A stretch of DNA of 64,000 nucleotides from Octopus sinensis (Eukaryota): positions 92,256,001 to 92,320,000 of the forward strand of contig NC_043001.1 of assembly GCF_006345805.1 (NCBI RefSeq). The letters run 5' to 3'. The position numbers and the translations under genes were made by a program. This document shows, piece after piece, positions 60,151 through 64,000 of the stretch; the stretch's first letter is position 1; every line of letters begins with the position of its first letter. Under the pieces are notes generated by a model. It saw nothing but the letters and a program-made list of their open reading frames with translations, had not been told where the DNA came from and ran no database searches.

Positions 60151-60659
60151 CTGTAATAAGATCAAATCTAAGACGATGATAACTATTTATTTGGTAACAT
60201 ACACTGGCTCGACTTCAGTATACTCAATTCTAATGATTCTACCAATCTTCAGTGGTATAATAATGCACCGAAAACGAGGTACACGATTTCACCCCTTGTC
60301 TGAAGTGTAGTATTTCAGTACATGATTGTATCCCCATTCTGAATTGTGGTATCCATATTTTTACAAAGTGACCAGCGTAAATGGAGATTACTTTTAAAAT
60401 GTCAGCGCTTGTATGCTTATTGAACTATCATTTTCTAACCTTCTTTAATATACACAATATTTTCAATTCGATGGCTACATTTCTTCTTTGAGACTCATCA
60501 TCCTTATCATAATCCTCATCCTCCCACCGCTTCATGTTCCTCCTCAATTTTTAACTGCCATCATCCATGCTGACATGGATTGGATGTTCCGGAGAACTGC
60601 GTCGTACTCCAGTGATCTACGGCTGGATGTTGTCAAATAAATATCCTAGCTTAATGTTT

Positions 60660-61165
60660 TGAACTTGAACTTCAGGAGCTCTTTCCTTTTTTTTTCTTGT
60701 TTTAGTATTCAACGCGGAGCCACTCCCATGATGTTTTGTTTTTTTTGCATTCTTGCTGCCTTTCTGGAATTGTTTACGTTAGGTATTTCTTCTCATGTAA
60801 TTTATCTTCAACAAAATATCCTGTTTTGTATTTCTTCAATTCTCCTCATCTTTTCCTGTCAAGTATTGACACCACACTGTTCAGTGGGGCTTATATCTTC
60901 CGATATTCTCTTTTTCCACCAAAGTTCCCTTTTCTTTCCGTTTATGTTCTGTGTTCATTATTCTTTAATCCCATCCTTTCTGCAACGGTCCTACTCACAA
61001 CCTTGATTTGTTTATTAGTTTGTGAGATGTTCTTTATGTCAATATGCTTCAGTTAATTGACTCTGCTTGTTTATTAATTTGATCGCCATTGGTCAGCCTT
61101 CTTAAAATCATACATAAATTCTTTCCGTTCTGCATTTGATAAATCTAAAACCCTGTTTATTAGAA
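60660..61165 (-). mobile_element. R4/Dong-type LINE pre-RT fragment
   Basis: 60833-61160 matches 63539-63866 closely. Confidence 0.75.
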
Positions 61166-62039
61166 TCGACATAAGTAAGTCCTGCTTCTATTATAACAGC
61201 ATATTTAAGGCGGTGAACTGGCAGAATTGTTGGCGCCCCGGACAAAATGCTTAGCAGCATATCATCCACTTTTACAATCAAATTGAAATTTCGCCGGGGC
61301 CGACTTTGCCTTTCACTTTCGGGGTTGAGAGTACCAGTTGAGCACTGGGCTCAATATAATCGACCAGCACTCTCCTCAAAAATTTCAGGCTTACTGCCTA
61401 AGGGAGAAAGGACAATTACAGCATATTTAAGTCATTCATCATCACTTTTTGCAGAGAGACACTTTACTGACCTTCGTTCTCTATCATAACGATCGGAAAT
61501 GGAAGTGAATCCTCTTGCTCAGTTCTCCCATTTCATGTATAAAAGACTGACATCTGCCATTGAATGAAACAACCCAAACACAGTTTAAGTTTTTCTCGTT
61601 TATCTGTCTCATGAACCTATTTTTATCTTTCGTCTAATTCATTCATTATTCTAGCAATATAAAACACGATGGTGACCGCTCACGTATTTCTTATATTTAG
61701 TAAGAATTCTTTGAATTACGTTTGTTCTTCGGTATGAGGTCTAATCTTTTCAAATATATCGTTTTCCATTTTTCCCATTACCGGTTCAAAAGAAACTCCA
61801 CAGGCACAAACGTGTCGTTAGGCAGAACTACCCGAAATGTGCAGAGAACGCTGAAATATTGCTTCACGTACTCGTGCTACGTCCGAGCATTGCGGACTTG
61901 TGGAGTAACGTCGAACATTTGCTGCTACGTGTAGGACTGATCCGGATATCGTCTGAATGCATCGTAAAGCTCCTCCTACCACCTTCCTTTAATAAAGCAG
62001 TGACTATGTCAAAAGAGATTGCGTGGTGAGTGAGGCCGA

Positions 62040-64000
62040 AATGATTGAGAATAGACACATTCCTCTTTGATCACTATTGGTATCATGTCTACTCTCTTCA
62101 TTGCCCACAATCTGCGTTTCATAGTTGTTCGCTTTTTATTCTTTCTCTTCGATACTGTTGTTACCAGGACATGGTATGTCGATTATCAGGCATGATTGTT
62201 CTTTTCCTTTCACTATAACAATGTTAAGATTCCGATGTCCGATCTGATGGTTACGCCATGTCATTGCATGCCACGCGATCGCACATTCTTTTTCTCTTTC
62301 CATGCCGTTTCTCTTTTGTGTTCTTTTTCTCTTTAAATTTCCCTTTCTTAACATAATTATCAATTTTGATGATGCCGGTCTTCTTCACATGTATCTGCAA
62401 TAGTACCGCGGCAATTTTTCGATACAACCCTAAGCTGTTTTCCTCTGTTTCACCACCATCCAGCCAACTGATCAAACCTCTCCCACACTTTTCTGCAACC
62501 TATCAGTGTAACTCTTGGGATGGAATGCTCCCTGCACTGTCAATAGTTTCCGTGTCTTTGTATCCCTACTAATCAGTTCTTTTTTGTCAGTTTATGATTC
62601 CAGTTCCATACCGAAGGGATGCTATCACCCATATATCTACAGCTTGGATTTTATTTCATCCAGTCAATTTTGAGCGCAACAGTAATCTTAATCTTCGGAA
62701 ATATTCTCTTCTCAGCTGTTCTATCATTCCCTTCTCCATGATTTCATTGAACTCTGATATGCCAAGGTACTTATAGCCTTCCTTTTCAATTTGTTTCATC
62801 ATTTCTCTGTTTGGTAATTATCTATTTGGTATTGTCTCTATTTGTTATTGATTACCCATAATTGGTTTCTGGTACCTATGCATCTTCCCTTACAACCTTA
62901 TTGCACTATTGGTAAAATGATATCAAGAAGTTTCTACATTTCTTCAGTAATCCCTTCTGACAGTAACTTCCACATTAATGGAAGGCAAGAAATTGGCCTG
63001 CAATTGTTGTCAGTATTTTTTTATATATACACCTTTCAAGCACAACACTGTTCGTCCTGTGGTCAACCACCCTGGAATTTCTTCTGCTCCACCAATCAAT
63101 GCGTTAAATTACTCTCCAATCAATTTATGGCACCTACCGAACTGTTTCATCTAAAATCCCTGTACGTTATTGGGATCTGTTGCTCCAATTTCTCATCTTT
63201 GTGCTCATAGTTTTGATACTGCCCTCGGTTAAGAGAATAGCTCCTTGCTGAGGATAAGAAGCTGTTTGCTTCAGGCTACAGAGCCGTTCAGCTCCAGAAT
63301 TGTGTTGAGCTTGCTTACTCCATATCATACCTCAAAACTGTCCTCTTTCATCTGTATCAGGAACTAATATTTCGTATGCTAAATCATCATTAATTTCTTG
63401 ATAAAATCTTTTTTGGTCGATTCTAAACAATCGGTTTTGCCGGTATTGTTTATTCCGTTGCTCACACCTAGTTAGCTTTGCTTCTTTTGCAAGTATGCGC
63501 TGTTTCAGTTCTTCTACATTTTTCAAATTTGCTATCATTCTTCAATTCTCCTCTTTTCCTGTCAAGTATTGACACCACACTGTTCAGTGGGGCTTATATC
63601 TTCCGATATTCTTTTTTTCCACCAAAGTTCCCTTTTCTTTCCGTTTATGTTCTGTGTTCATTATTCTTTAATCCCATCCTTTCTGCAACGGTCCTACTCA
63701 CAACCTTGATTTGTTTATTAGTTTGTGAGATGTTCTTTATGTCAATATGTTTCAATAAATTGACTCTGCTTGTTTATTAATTTGATCTCTATTGGTCAGC
63801 CTTCTTAAAATCATACATAAATTATTTCTGATCTGCATTTAATAGATCCAAAACCCTGCTTATTAGCAATTGTTCTTCATCGTTTCAATGATCTTTGATA
63901 TCGATTCTTTCACAACTCACAGCAGTAAATTCTTGTAAGCGATTGTCCATGTATTTCATTATGTCACTTTGTTTTTATCATATGCTCAGCATTTCCTGAT
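62040..64000 (-). mobile_element. Internally deleted R4/Dong-type LINE running off the window end
   Basis: [15 protein letters not shown]...YRQNRLF, WLTTGRTVL, RPISCLP, YKYLG and IDIPCPG motifs; the RT core between them is missing. Confidence 0.85.

Overview
Eukaryotic, AT-rich, microsatellite- and transposon-dense genomic DNA, most likely from an octopus (inferred from the SINE families; not verified by search). Roughly two thirds of the window is decayed mobile DNA: three tRNA-derived SINE families, R4/Dong-type (RLE), RTE and Tx1/L1-type LINE fragments, mariner and pogo remnants, MITEs, a Helentron-like element and Penelope-like ends. Nearly all ORFs in the supplied track are microsatellite or repeat artefacts. 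One real gene can be assembled by eye on the minus strand (about 37517 to 18335). It has a signal-peptide exon, two paralogous 54-nt acidic micro-exons, three 300-318-nt phase-1 exons each encoding a divergent four-cysteine immunoglobulin-like domain, and a probable GPI-anchor tail, giving about 385 aa. I do not recognise it as a named gene. The three Ig exons are well supported. The first and last exons are hand-predicted and need RNA evidence. No database searches or alignments were run, and repeat boundaries are approximate.
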